Source of the DNA: Botryllus schlosseri
Taxonomy: Eukaryota
Length of the DNA stretch: 64,000 nt
Reading direction: 5' to 3'
Assembly: GCA_051294905.1 (NCBI GenBank)
Contig: CM119372.1
Location: 40,488,001-40,552,000 of the forward strand
Position numbers and translations under genes: made by a program. This document shows, piece after piece, positions 38,601 through 50,500 of this stretch. The notes beneath the pieces were generated by a model. It was not told where the DNA came from and did not search any database. It saw only the letters and a program-made list of their open reading frames with translations. How positions within the stretch are numbered: the first letter of the stretch is position 1; each line of letters opens with the position of its first letter.

Positions 38601-41600
38601 AGATCGGTTCTTGCGTAATGTGAAATATCGAATCACGATGCAGGCCAAAACTCACATATTATTTCTCAAAATTATCTAGCAAGCTCGGCTCCTAGGAAGC
38701 CTGCTTATCAGGTACGACAAATTGAAAAATCCGAGGGCACCAGGAGCATTTTGTAATGCGGACTCGCCTTAAGACAATCAATATGTAAGGTGATTGTATT
38801 ACGGGCGCTTAAGTAGTTCGTGAGTCGTATGTACATTCGCTGGACACGGCGCAATCTTCGGAAGCCAGCAATCGAACCAATCTTATCTACAGACCCTGAA
38901 CAAACTATCATTGGCCAGCTGATAATACCGTCTGTTTAGTTCCGTTCCTGCGTAATGTGAAATATCGAATCACGATGCAGGCCAAAACTCACAGATTATT
39001 TCTCAAAATTATCTAGCAAGCTCGGCTACTAGGAAGCCTGCTTATCAGATACGACTAATTGAAAAATCCGAGCGCACTCGGAGCATTTTGTAATGCGGAC
39101 TCACCTTAAGACAATCAATATGTAAGATGATTGTATTACGGGCGCTTGATTAGTTCTTGAGTCGTATGTCCTTTTACTGGACACGGCGCAATCTTCGGAA
39201 GCCAGCAATCGAACCAATCTTATCTACAGACCGTGAACAAACCATCATTGGCCAGCTGATAATACCGTCTGTTTAGATCGGTTCTTGCGTAATGTGAAAT
39301 ATCGAATCACGATGCAGGCCAAAACTCACATATTATTTCTCAAAATTATCTAGCAAGCTCGGCTCCTAGGAAGCCTGCTTATCAGGTACGACAAATTGAA
39401 AAATCCGAGGGCACCAGGAGCATTTTGTAATGCGGACTCGCCTTAAGACAATCAATATGTAAGGTGATTGTATTACGGGCGCTTAAGTAGTTCGTGAGTC
39501 GTATGTACATTTGCTGGACACGGCGCAATCTTCGGAAGCCAGCAATCGAACCAATCTTATCTACAGACCCTGAACAAACTATCATTGGCCAGCTGATAAT
39601 ACCGTCTGTTTCGGTCCGTTCCTGCGTAATGTGAAATATCGAATCACGATGCAGGCCAAAACTCACATATAATTTCTCAAAATTATCTAGCATGCTCGGC
39701 TCCTAGGAAGCCTGCTTATCAGATACGACTAATTGAAAAATCCGAGCGCACTCGGAGCATTTTGTAATGCGGACTCACCTTAAGACAATCAATATGTAAG
39801 ATGATTGTATTACGGGCGCTTGATTAGTACTTGAGTCGTATGTCCTTTTACTGGACACGGCGCAATCTTAGGAAGCCAGCAATCGAACCAATCTTATCTA
39901 CAGACCCTGAACAAACCATCATTGGCCAGCTGATAACACCGACTGTTTAGATCGGTTCTTGCGTAATGTGAAAAATCGAATCACGATGCAGGCCAAAACT
40001 CACATTTTATTTCTCAAAATTATCTAGCAAGCTCGGCTACTAGGAAGCCTGTTTATCAGATACGACTAATTGAAAAATCCGAGCGCACTCGGAGCATTTT
40101 GTAATGCGGACTCACCTTAACACAATCAATATGTAAGATGATGGTATCACGGGCGCTTAAGTAGTTTGTGAGTCGTATGTACATTTGCTGGACACGGCGC
40201 AATCTTCGGAAGCCAGCAATCGAACCAATCTTATCTACAGACCCTGAACAAACTATCATTGGCCAGCTGATAATACCGTCTGTTTCGGTCCGTTCCTGCG
40301 TAATGTGAAATATCGAATCACGATGCAGGCCAAAACTCACATATAATTTCTCAAAATTATCTAGCATGCTCGGCTCCTAGGAAGCCTGCTTATCAGGTAC
40401 GACAAATTGAAAAATCCGAGCGCACTCGGAGCATTTTGTAATGCGGACTCACCTTAACACAATCAATATGTAAGATGATTGTATTACGGGCGCTTGATTA
40501 GTTCGTGAGTCGTATGTACATTCGCTGGACACGGCGCAATCTTCGAAAGCCAGAAATCGATCCAATCTAATCTACAGAACCTGAACAAACCATCATTGGC
40601 CAGCTGATAATACCGTCTGTTTAGATCGGTTCTTGCGTAATGTGAAAAATCGAATCACGATGCAGGCCAAAACTCACATATTATTTCTCAAAATTATCTA
40701 GCAAGCTCGGCTCCTAGGAAGCCTGCTTATCAGGTACGACAAATTGAAAAATCCGAGGGCACCAGGAGCATTTTGTAATGCGGACTCGTCTTAAGACAAT
40801 CAATATGTAAGGTGATTGTATTACGGGCGCTTAAGTAGTTCGTGAGTCGTATGTACATTCGCTGGACACGGCGCAATCTTCGAAAGCCAGCAATCGAACC
40901 AATCTTATCTACAGAACCTGAACAAACCATCATTGGCCAGCTGAAAACACCGTATTTTAGGTCGGTTCTTGCGTAATGTTAAAAATCGAATCACGTTGCA
41001 GGCCAAAACTCACATATTATTTCTCAAAATTATCTAGCAAGCTCGGCTACTAGGAAGCCTGCATATCAGATACGACTAATTGAAAAATCCGAGCGCAATC
41101 GGAGCATTTTGTAATGCGGACTCACCTTAACACAATCAATATGTAAGGTGATTGTATTACGGGCGCTTGATTAGTACTTGAGTCGTATGTCCTTTTACTG
41201 GACACGGCGCAATCTTCGGAAGCCAGCAATCGAACCAATCTTATCTAGAGTCGGTGAACAAACCTTCATTGGCCAGCTGATAATACCGTCTGTTTAGGTC
41301 CGTTCCTGCGTAATGTGAAATATCGAATCACGATGCAGGCCATAACTCACATATTATTTCTCAAAATTATCTAGCAAGCTCGGCTACTAGGAAGCCTGCT
41401 TATCAAATACGACTAATTGAAAAATCCGAGCGCACTCGGAGCATTTTTTAATGCGGACTCACCTTAACACAATCAATATGTAAGATGATTGCATTACGGG
41501 CGCTTAAGTAGTTCGTGAGTCGTATGTACATTCGCTGGACACGGCACAATCTTCGGAAGCCAGCAATCGAACCAATCTTATCTACAGACCCTGAACAAAC

Positions 41601-44600
41601 TATCATTGGCCAGCTGATAATACCGTCTGTTTAGGTCCGTTCCTGCGTAATGTGAAATATCGAATCACGATGCAGGCCAAAACTCACATATTATTTCTCA
41701 AAATTATCTAGCATGCTCGGCTCCTAGGAAGCCTACTTATCAGGTACGACAAATTGAGAAATCCGAGCGCACCAGGAGCATTTTGTATTGCGGACTCACT
41801 TTAACACAATCAATATGTAAGGTGATTGTATTACGGGCACTTGAGTAGTTCGTGAGTCGTATGTCCTTTTACTGGACACGGCGCAATCTTAGGAAGCCAG
41901 CAATCGAACCAATCTTATCTACAGACCCTGAACAAACCATCATTGGCCAGCTGATAACACCGTCTGTTTAGATCGGTTCTTGCGTAATGTGAAAAATCGA
42001 ATCACGATGCAGGCCAAAACTCACATTTTATTTCTCAAAATTATCTAGCAAGCTCGGCTACTAGGAAGCCTGTTTATCAGATACGACTAATTGAAAAATC
42101 CGAGCGCACTCGGAGCATTTTGTAATGCGGACTCACCTTAACACAATCAATATGTAAGATGATGGTAACACGGGCGCTTAAGTAGTTCGTGAGTCGTATG
42201 TACATTTGCTGGACACGGCGCAATCTTCCGAAGCCAGCAATCGAACCAATCTTATCTACAGACCCTGAACAAACTATCATTGGCCAGCTGATAATACCGT
42301 CTGTTTCGGTCCGTTCCTGCGTAATGTGAAATATCGAATCACGATGCAGGCCAAAACTCACATATAATTTCTCAAAATTATCTAGCATGCTCGGCTCCTA
42401 GGAAGCCTGCTTATCAGGTACGACAAATTGAAAAATCCGAGCGCACTCGGAGCATTTTGTAATGCGGACTCACCTTAACTAAATCAATATGTAAGATGAT
42501 TGTATTACGGGCGCTTGATTAGTTCGTGAGTCGTATGTACATTCGCTGGACACGGCGCAATCTTCGAAAGCCAGAAATCGATCCAATCTAATCTACAGAA
42601 CCTGAACAAACCATCATTGGCCAGCTGATAATACCGTCTGTTTAGATCGGTTCTTGCGTAACGTGAAAAATCGAATCACGATGCAGGCCAAAACTCACAT
42701 ATTATTTCTCAAAATTATCTAGCAAGCTCGGCTCCTAGGAAGCCAGCTTATCAGGTACGACAAATTGAAAAATCCGAGGGCACCAGGAGCATTTTGTAAT
42801 GCGGACTCGCCTTAAGACAATCAATATGTAAGGTGATTGTATTACGGGCGCTTAAGTAGTTCGTGAGTCGTATGTACATTCGCTGGACACGGCGCAATCT
42901 TCGGAAGCCAGCAATCGAACCAATCTTATCTACAGACCCTGAACAAACTATCATTGGCCAGCTGATAATACCGTCTGTTTAGTTCCGTTCCTGCGTAATG
43001 TGAAATATCGAATCACGATGCAGGCCAAAACTCACAGATTATTTCTCAAAATTATCTAGCAAGCTCGGCTACTAGGAAGCCTGCTTATCAGATACGACTA
43101 ATTGAAAAATCCGAGCGCACTCGGAGCATTTTGTAATGCGGACTCACCTTAAGACAATCAATATGTAAGGTGATTGTATTACGGGCGCTTGATTAGTTCT
43201 TGAGTCGTATGTCCTTTTACTGGACACGACGCAATCTTCGGAAGCCAGCAATCGAACCAATCTAATCTACAGACCGTGAACAAACCATCATTGACCAGCT
43301 GATAATACCGTCTGTTTAGATCGGTTCTTGCGTAATGTGAAATATCGAATCACGATGCAGGCCAAAACTCAATTATTATTTCTCAAAATTATCTAGCAAG
43401 CTCGGCTCCTAGGAAGCCTGCTTATCAGGTACGACAAATTGAAAAATCCGAGGGCACCAGGAGCATTTTGTAATGCGGACTCGCCTTAAGACAATCAATA
43501 TGTAAGGTGATTGTATTACGGGCGCTTAAGTAGTTCGTGAGTCGTATGTACATTCGCTGGACACGGCGCAATCTTCGAAAGCCAGCAATCGAACCAATCT
43601 TATCTACAGAACCTGAACAAACCATCATTGGCCAGCTGATAATACCGTCTGTTTAGGTCCGTTCCTGCGTAATGTGAAATATCGAATAACGATGCAGGCC
43701 AAAACTCACATATAATTTCTCAAAATTATCTAGCAAGCTCGGCTACTAGGAAGCCTGCTTATCAAATACGACTAATTGAAAAATCCGAGCGCACTCGGAG
43801 CATTTTGTAATGCGGACTCACCTTAACACAATCAATATGTAGGATGATTGTATTACGGGCGCTTAAGTAGTTCGTGAGTCGTATGTACATTCGCTGGACA
43901 CGGCGCAATCTTCGGAAGCCAGCAATCGAACAAATCTTATCTACAGACCCTGAACAAACTATCATTGGCCAGCTGATAATACCGTCTGTTTAGGTCCGTT
44001 CCTGCGTAATGTGAAATATCGAATCACGATGCAGGCCAAAACTCACATATTATTTCTCAAAATTATCTAGCATGCTCGGCTCCTAGGAACCCTGCTTATC
44101 AGGTACGACAAATTGAAAAATCCAAGCGCACCAGGAGCATTTTGTAATGCGCACTCACCTTAACACAATCAATATGTAAGGTGTTGTATTACGGGCGCTT
44201 AAGTAGTTCGTGAGTCGTATGTCCTTTTACTGGACACGGCGCAATCTTCGGAAGCCAGCAATCGAACCAATCTTATCTAGAGTCCGTGAACAAACCTTCA
44301 TTGGCCAGCTGATAATACCGTCTGTTTAGGTCCGTTCCTGCGTAATGTGAAATATCGAATCACGATGCAGGCCATAACTCACATATTATTTCTCAAAATT
44401 ATCTAGCAAGCTCGGCTACTAGGAAGCCTGCTTATCAAATACGACTAATTGAAAAATCCGAGCGCACTCGGAACATTTTTTAATGCGGACTCACCTTAAC
44501 ACAATCAATATGTAAGATGATTGCATTACGGGCGCTTAAGTAGTTCGTGAGTCGTATGTACATACGCTGGACACGGCGCAATCTTCGGAAGCCAGCAATC

Positions 44601-47600
44601 GAACCAATCTTATCTACAGACCCTGAACAAACTATCATTGGCCAGCTGATAATACCGTCTGTTTAGGTCCGTTCCTGCGTAATGTGAAATATCGAATCAC
44701 GATGCAGGCCAAAACTCACATATTATTTCTCAAAATTATCTAGCATGCTCGGCTCCTAGGAAGCCTGCTTATCAGGTACGACAAATTGAGAAATCCGAGC
44801 GCACCAGGAGCATTTTGTATTGCGGACTCACCTTAACACAATCAATATGTAAGGTGATTGTATTACGGGCACTTGAGTAGTTCGTGAGTCGTATGTCCTT
44901 TTACTGGACACGGCGCAATCTTAGGAAGCCAGCAATCGAACCAATCTTATCTACAGACCCTGAACAAACCATCATTGGCCAGCTGATAACACCGTCTGTT
45001 TAGATCGGTTCTTGCGTAATGTGAAAAATCGAATCACGATGCAGGCCAAAACTCACATTTTATTTCTCAAAATTATCTAGCAAGCTCGGCTACTAGGAAG
45101 CCTGTTTATCAGATACGACTAATTGAAAAATCCGAGCGCACTCGGAGCATTTTGTAATGCGGACTCACCTTAACACAATCAATATGTAAGATGATGGTAT
45201 CACGGGCGCTTAAGTAGTTTGTGAGTCGTATGTACATTTGCTGGACACGGCGCAATCTTCGGAAGCCAGCAATCGAACCAATCTTATCTACAGACCCTGA
45301 ACAAACTATCATTGGCCAGCTGATAATACCGTCTGTTTTTGTCCGTTCCTGCGTAATGTGAAATATCGAATCACGATGCAGGCCAAAACTCACAGATTAT
45401 TTCTCAAAATTATCTAGCAAGCTCGGCTACTAGGAAGCCTGCTTATCAGATACGACTAATTGAAAAATCCGAGCGCACTCGGAGCATTTTGTAATGCGGA
45501 CTCACCTTAAGACAATCAATATGTAAGATGATTGTATTACGGGCGCTTGATTAGTTCTTGAGTCGTATGTCCTTTTACTGGACACGGCGCAATCTTCGGA
45601 AGCCAGCAATCGAACCAATCTTATCTACAGACCGTGAACAAACCATCATTGGCCAGCTGATAATACCGTCTGTTTAGATCGGTTCTTGCGTAATGTGAAA
45701 TATCGAATCACGATGCAGGCCAAAACTCACATATTATTTCTCAAAATTATCTAGCAAGCTCGGCTCCTAGGAAGCCTGCTTATCAGGTACGACAAATTGA
45801 AAAATACGAGGGCACCAGGAGCATTTTGTAATGCGGACTCGTCTTAAGACAATCAATATGTAAGGTGATTGTATTACGGGCGCTTAAGTAGTTCGTGAGT
45901 CGTATGTACATTCGCTGGACACGGGGCAATCTTCGAAAGCCAGCAATCGAACCAATCTTATCTACAGAACCTGAACAAACCATCATTGGCCAGCTGAAAA
46001 CACCGTATTTTAGGTCGGTTCTTGCGTAATGTTAAAAATCGAATCACGTTGCAGGCCAAAACTCACATATTATTTCTCAAAATTATCTAGCAAGCTCGGC
46101 TACTAGGAAGCCTGCATATCAGATACGACTAATTGAAAAATCCGAGCGCACTCGGAGCATTTTGTAATGCGGACTCACCTTAACACAATCAATATGTAAG
46201 GTGATTGTATTACGGGCGCTTGATTAGTACTTGAGTCGTATGTCCTTTTACTGGACACGGCGCAATCTTCGGAAGCCAGCAATCGAACCAATCTTATCTA
46301 GAGTCCGTGAACAAACCTTCATTGGCCAGCTGATAATACCGTCTGTTTAGGTCCGTTCCTGCGTAATGTGAAATATCGAATCTCGATGCAGGCCATAACT
46401 CACATATTATTTCTCAAAATTATCTAGCAATCTCGGCTACTAGGAAGCCTGCTTATCAAATACGACTAATTGAAAAATCCGAGCGCACTCGGAGCATTTT
46501 TTAATGCGGACTCACCTTAACACAATCAATATGTAAGATGATTGCATTACGGGCGCTTAAGTAGTTCGTGAGTCGTATGTACATTCGCTGGACACGGCGC
46601 AATCTTCGGAAGCCAGCAATCGAACCAATCTTATCTACAGACCCTGAACAAACTATCATTGGCCAGCTGATAATACCGTCTGTTTAGGTCCGTTCCTGCG
46701 TAATGTGAAATATCGAATCACGATGCAGGCCAAAACTCACATATTATTTCTCAAAATTATCTAGCATGCTCGGCTCCTAGGAAGCCTGCTTATCAGGTAC
46801 GACAAATTGAGAAATCCGAGCGCACCAGGAGCATTTTGTATTGCGGACTCACCTTAACACAATCAATATGTAAGGTGATTGTATTACGGGCACTTGAGTA
46901 GTTCGTGAGTCGTATGTCCTTTTACTGGACACGGCGCAATCTTAGGAAGCCAGCAATCGAACCAATCTTATCTACAGACCCTGAGCAAACCATCATTGGC
47001 CAGCTGATAACACCGTCTGTTTAGATCGGTTCTTGCGTAATGTGAAAAATCGAATCACGATGCAGGCCAAAACTCACATTTTATTTCTCAAAATTATCTA
47101 GCAAGCTCGGCTACTAGGAAGCCTGTTTATCAGATACGACTAATTGAAAAATCCGAGCGCACTCGGAGCATTTTGTAATGCGGACTCACCTTAACACAAT
47201 CAATATGTAAGATGATTGTATTACGGGCGCTTGATTAGTTCGTGAGTCGTATGTACATTCGCTGGACACGGCGCAATCTTCGAAAGCCAGAAATCGATCC
47301 AATCTTATCTACAGACCCTGAACAAACTATCATTGGCCAGCTGATAATACCGTCTGTTTCGGTCCGTTCCTGCGTAATGTGAAATATCGAATCACGATGC
47401 AGGCCAAAACTCACATATAATTTCTCAAAATTATCTAGCATGCTCGGCTCCTAGGAAGCCTGCTTATCAGGTACGACAAATTGAAAATTCCGAGCGCACT
47501 CGGAGCATTTTGTAATGCGGACTCACCTTAACACAATCAATATGTAAGATGATTGTATTACGGGCGCTTGATTAGTTCGTGAGTCGTATGTACATTCGCT

Positions 47601-50494
47601 GGACACGGCGCAATCTTCGAAAGCCAGAAATCGATCCAATCTAATCTACAGAACCTGAACAAACCATCATTGGCCAGCTGATAATACCGTCTGTTTAGAT
47701 CGGTTCTTGCGTAATGTGAAAAATCGAATCACGATGCAGGCCAAAACTCACATATTATTTCTCAAAATTATCTAGCAAGCTCGGCTCCTAGGAAGCCTGC
47801 TTATCAGGTACGACAAATTGAAAAATCCGAGGGCACCAGGAGCATTTTGTAATGCGGACTGGCCTTAAGACAATCAATATGTAAGGTGATTGTATTACGG
47901 GCGCTTAAGTAGTTCGTGAGTCGTATGTACATTCGCTGGACACGGCGCAATCTTCGGAAGCCAGCAATCGAACCAATCTTATCTACAGACCCTGAACAAA
48001 CTATCATTGGCCAGCTGATAATACCGTCTGTTTAGTTCCGTTCATGCGTAATGTGAAATATCGAATCACGATGCAGGCCAAAACTCACAGATTATTTCTC
48101 AAAATTATCTAGCAAGCTCGGCTACTAGGAAGCCTGCTTATCAGATACGACTAATTGAAAAATCCGAGCGCACTCGGAGCATTTTGTAATGCGGACTCAC
48201 CTTAAGACAATCAATATGTAAGGTGATTGTATTACGGGCGCTTGATTAGTTCTTGAGTCGTATGTCCTTTTACTGGACACGACGCAATCTTCGGAAGCCA
48301 GCAATCGAACCAATCTAATCTACAGACCGTGAACAAACCATCATTGGCCAGCTGATAATACCGTCTGTTTAGATCGGTTCTTGCGTAATGTGAAATATCG
48401 AATCACGATGCAGGCCAAAACTCACATATTATTTCTCAAAATTATCTAGCAAGCTCGGCACCTAGGAAGCCTGCTTATCAGGTACGACAAATTGAAAAAT
48501 CCGAGGGCACCAGGAGCATTTTGTAATGCGGACTCGCCTTAAGACAATCAATATGTAAGGTGATTGTATTACGGGCGCTTAAGTAGTTCGTGAGTCGTAT
48601 GTACATTCGCTGGACACGGCGCAATCTTCGAAAGCCAGCAATCGAACCAATCTTATCTACAGAACCTGAACAAACCATCATTGGCCAGCTGATAATACCG
48701 TCTGTTTAGGTCCGTTCCTGCGTAATGTGAAATATCGAATCACGATGCAGGCCAAAACTCACATATAATTTCTCAAAATTATCTAGCAAGCTCGGCTACT
48801 AGGAAGCCTGCTTATCAAATATGACTAATTGAAAAATCCGAGCGCACTCGGAGCATTTTGTAATGCGGACTCACCTTAACACAATCAATATGTAGGATGA
48901 TTGTATTACGGGCGCTTAAGTAGTTCGTGAGTCGTATGTACATTCGCTGGACACGGCGCAATCTTCGGAAGCCAGCAATCGAACAAATCTTATCTACAGA
49001 CCCTGAACAAACTATCATTGGCCAGCTGATAATACCGTCTGTTTAGGTCCGTTCCTGCGTAATGTGAAATATCGAATCACGATGCAGGCCAAAACTCACA
49101 TATTATTTCTCAAAATTATCTAGCATGCTCGGCTCCTAGGAAGCCTGCTTATCAGGTACGACAAATTGAAAAATCCAAGCGCACCAGGAGCATTTTGTAA
49201 TGCGCACTCACCTTAACACAATCAATATGAAAGGTGTTGTATTACGGGCGCTTAAGTAGTTCGTGAGTCGTATGTCCTTTTACTGGACACGGCGCAATCT
49301 TCGGAAGCTACCAATCGAACCAATCTTATCTACAGACCCTGAACAAACCATCATTGGCCAGCTGATAATACCGTCTGTTTAGATCGGTTCTTGCGTAATG
49401 TGAAAAATCGAATCACGATGCAGGCCAAAACTCACATTTTATTTCTCAAAATTATCTAGCAAGCTCGGCTACTAGGAAGCCTGCTTATCAGATACGACTA
49501 ATTGAAAAATCCGAGCGCACTCGAAGCATTTTGTAATGCGGACTCACCTTAACACAATCAATATGTAAGATGATTGTATTACGGGCGCTTAAGTAGTTTG
49601 TGAGTCGTATGTACATTCGCTGGACACGGCGCAACCTTCGGAAGCCAGCAATCGAACCAATCTTATCTACAGACCCTGAACAAACTATCATTGGCCAGCT
49701 GATAATACCGTCTGTTTAGGTCCGTTCCTGCGTAATGTGAAATATCGAATCACGATGCAGGCCAAAACTCACATATAAAATCTCAAAATTATCTAGCATG
49801 CTCGGCTCCTAGGAAGCCTGCTTATCAGGTACGACAAATTGAAAAATCCGAGCGCACCAGGAGCATTTTGTAATGCGGACTCACCTTAACACAATCAATA
49901 TGTAAGGTGATTGTATTACGGGCGCTTAAGTAGTTCGTGAGTCGTATGTACACTCGCTCGACACGGCGCAATCTTCTAAAGCCAGCAATCGATCCAATCT
50001 TATCTACAGACCCTGAACAAACTATCATTGGCCAGCTGATAATACCGTCTGTTTAGGTCCGTTCTTGCGTAATGTGAAAAATCTAATCACGATGCAGGCT
50101 ATAACTCACATATTATTTCTCAATATTATCTAGCAAGCTCGGCTACTAGGAAGCCTGCTTCTCAGATACGACTAATTGAAAAATCAGAATGCACCAGGAG
50201 CATTTTGTAATGCAGACTCGCCTTAAGACAATCAATATGTAAGGTGATTGTATTACGGGCGCTTAAGTAGTTCGTGAGTCGTATGTACATTCGCTGGACA
50301 CGGCGCAATCTTCGGAAGCCAGCAATCGAACCAATCTTATCTACAGACCCTGAACAAACTATCATTGGCCAGCTGATAATACCGTCTGTTTTTGTCCGTT
50401 CCTGCGTAATGTGAAATATCGAATCACGATGCAGGCCAAAACTCACAGATTATTTCTCAAAATTATCTAGCAAGCTCGGCTACTAGGAAGCCTG
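8618..50494 (+). repeat. Satellite DNA array, 337-bp monomer, forward orientation, ~124 copies, with multi-monomer block duplications
   Basis: Uninterrupted 336/337-bp periodicity. Rare variants recur at offsets of 1011, 1347, 2021, 2358, 2695-2696, 3033, 3703, 4717 and 5050-5053 bp (3 to 15 monomers). Confidence 0.98.
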
Positions 50495-50500
50495 GTAGCT
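50486..50500. other. Satellite orientation-switch (inversion) junction with 6-bp filler GTAGCT at 50495-50500
   Basis: The forward monomer ends ...CTCGGCTACTAGGAAGCCTG (50494), then GTAGCT, then the reverse-complement monomer begins TAGTAGCCGAGCTTGCTAG (50501). The repeated ORFs flip from - to + strand here. Confidence 0.97.
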
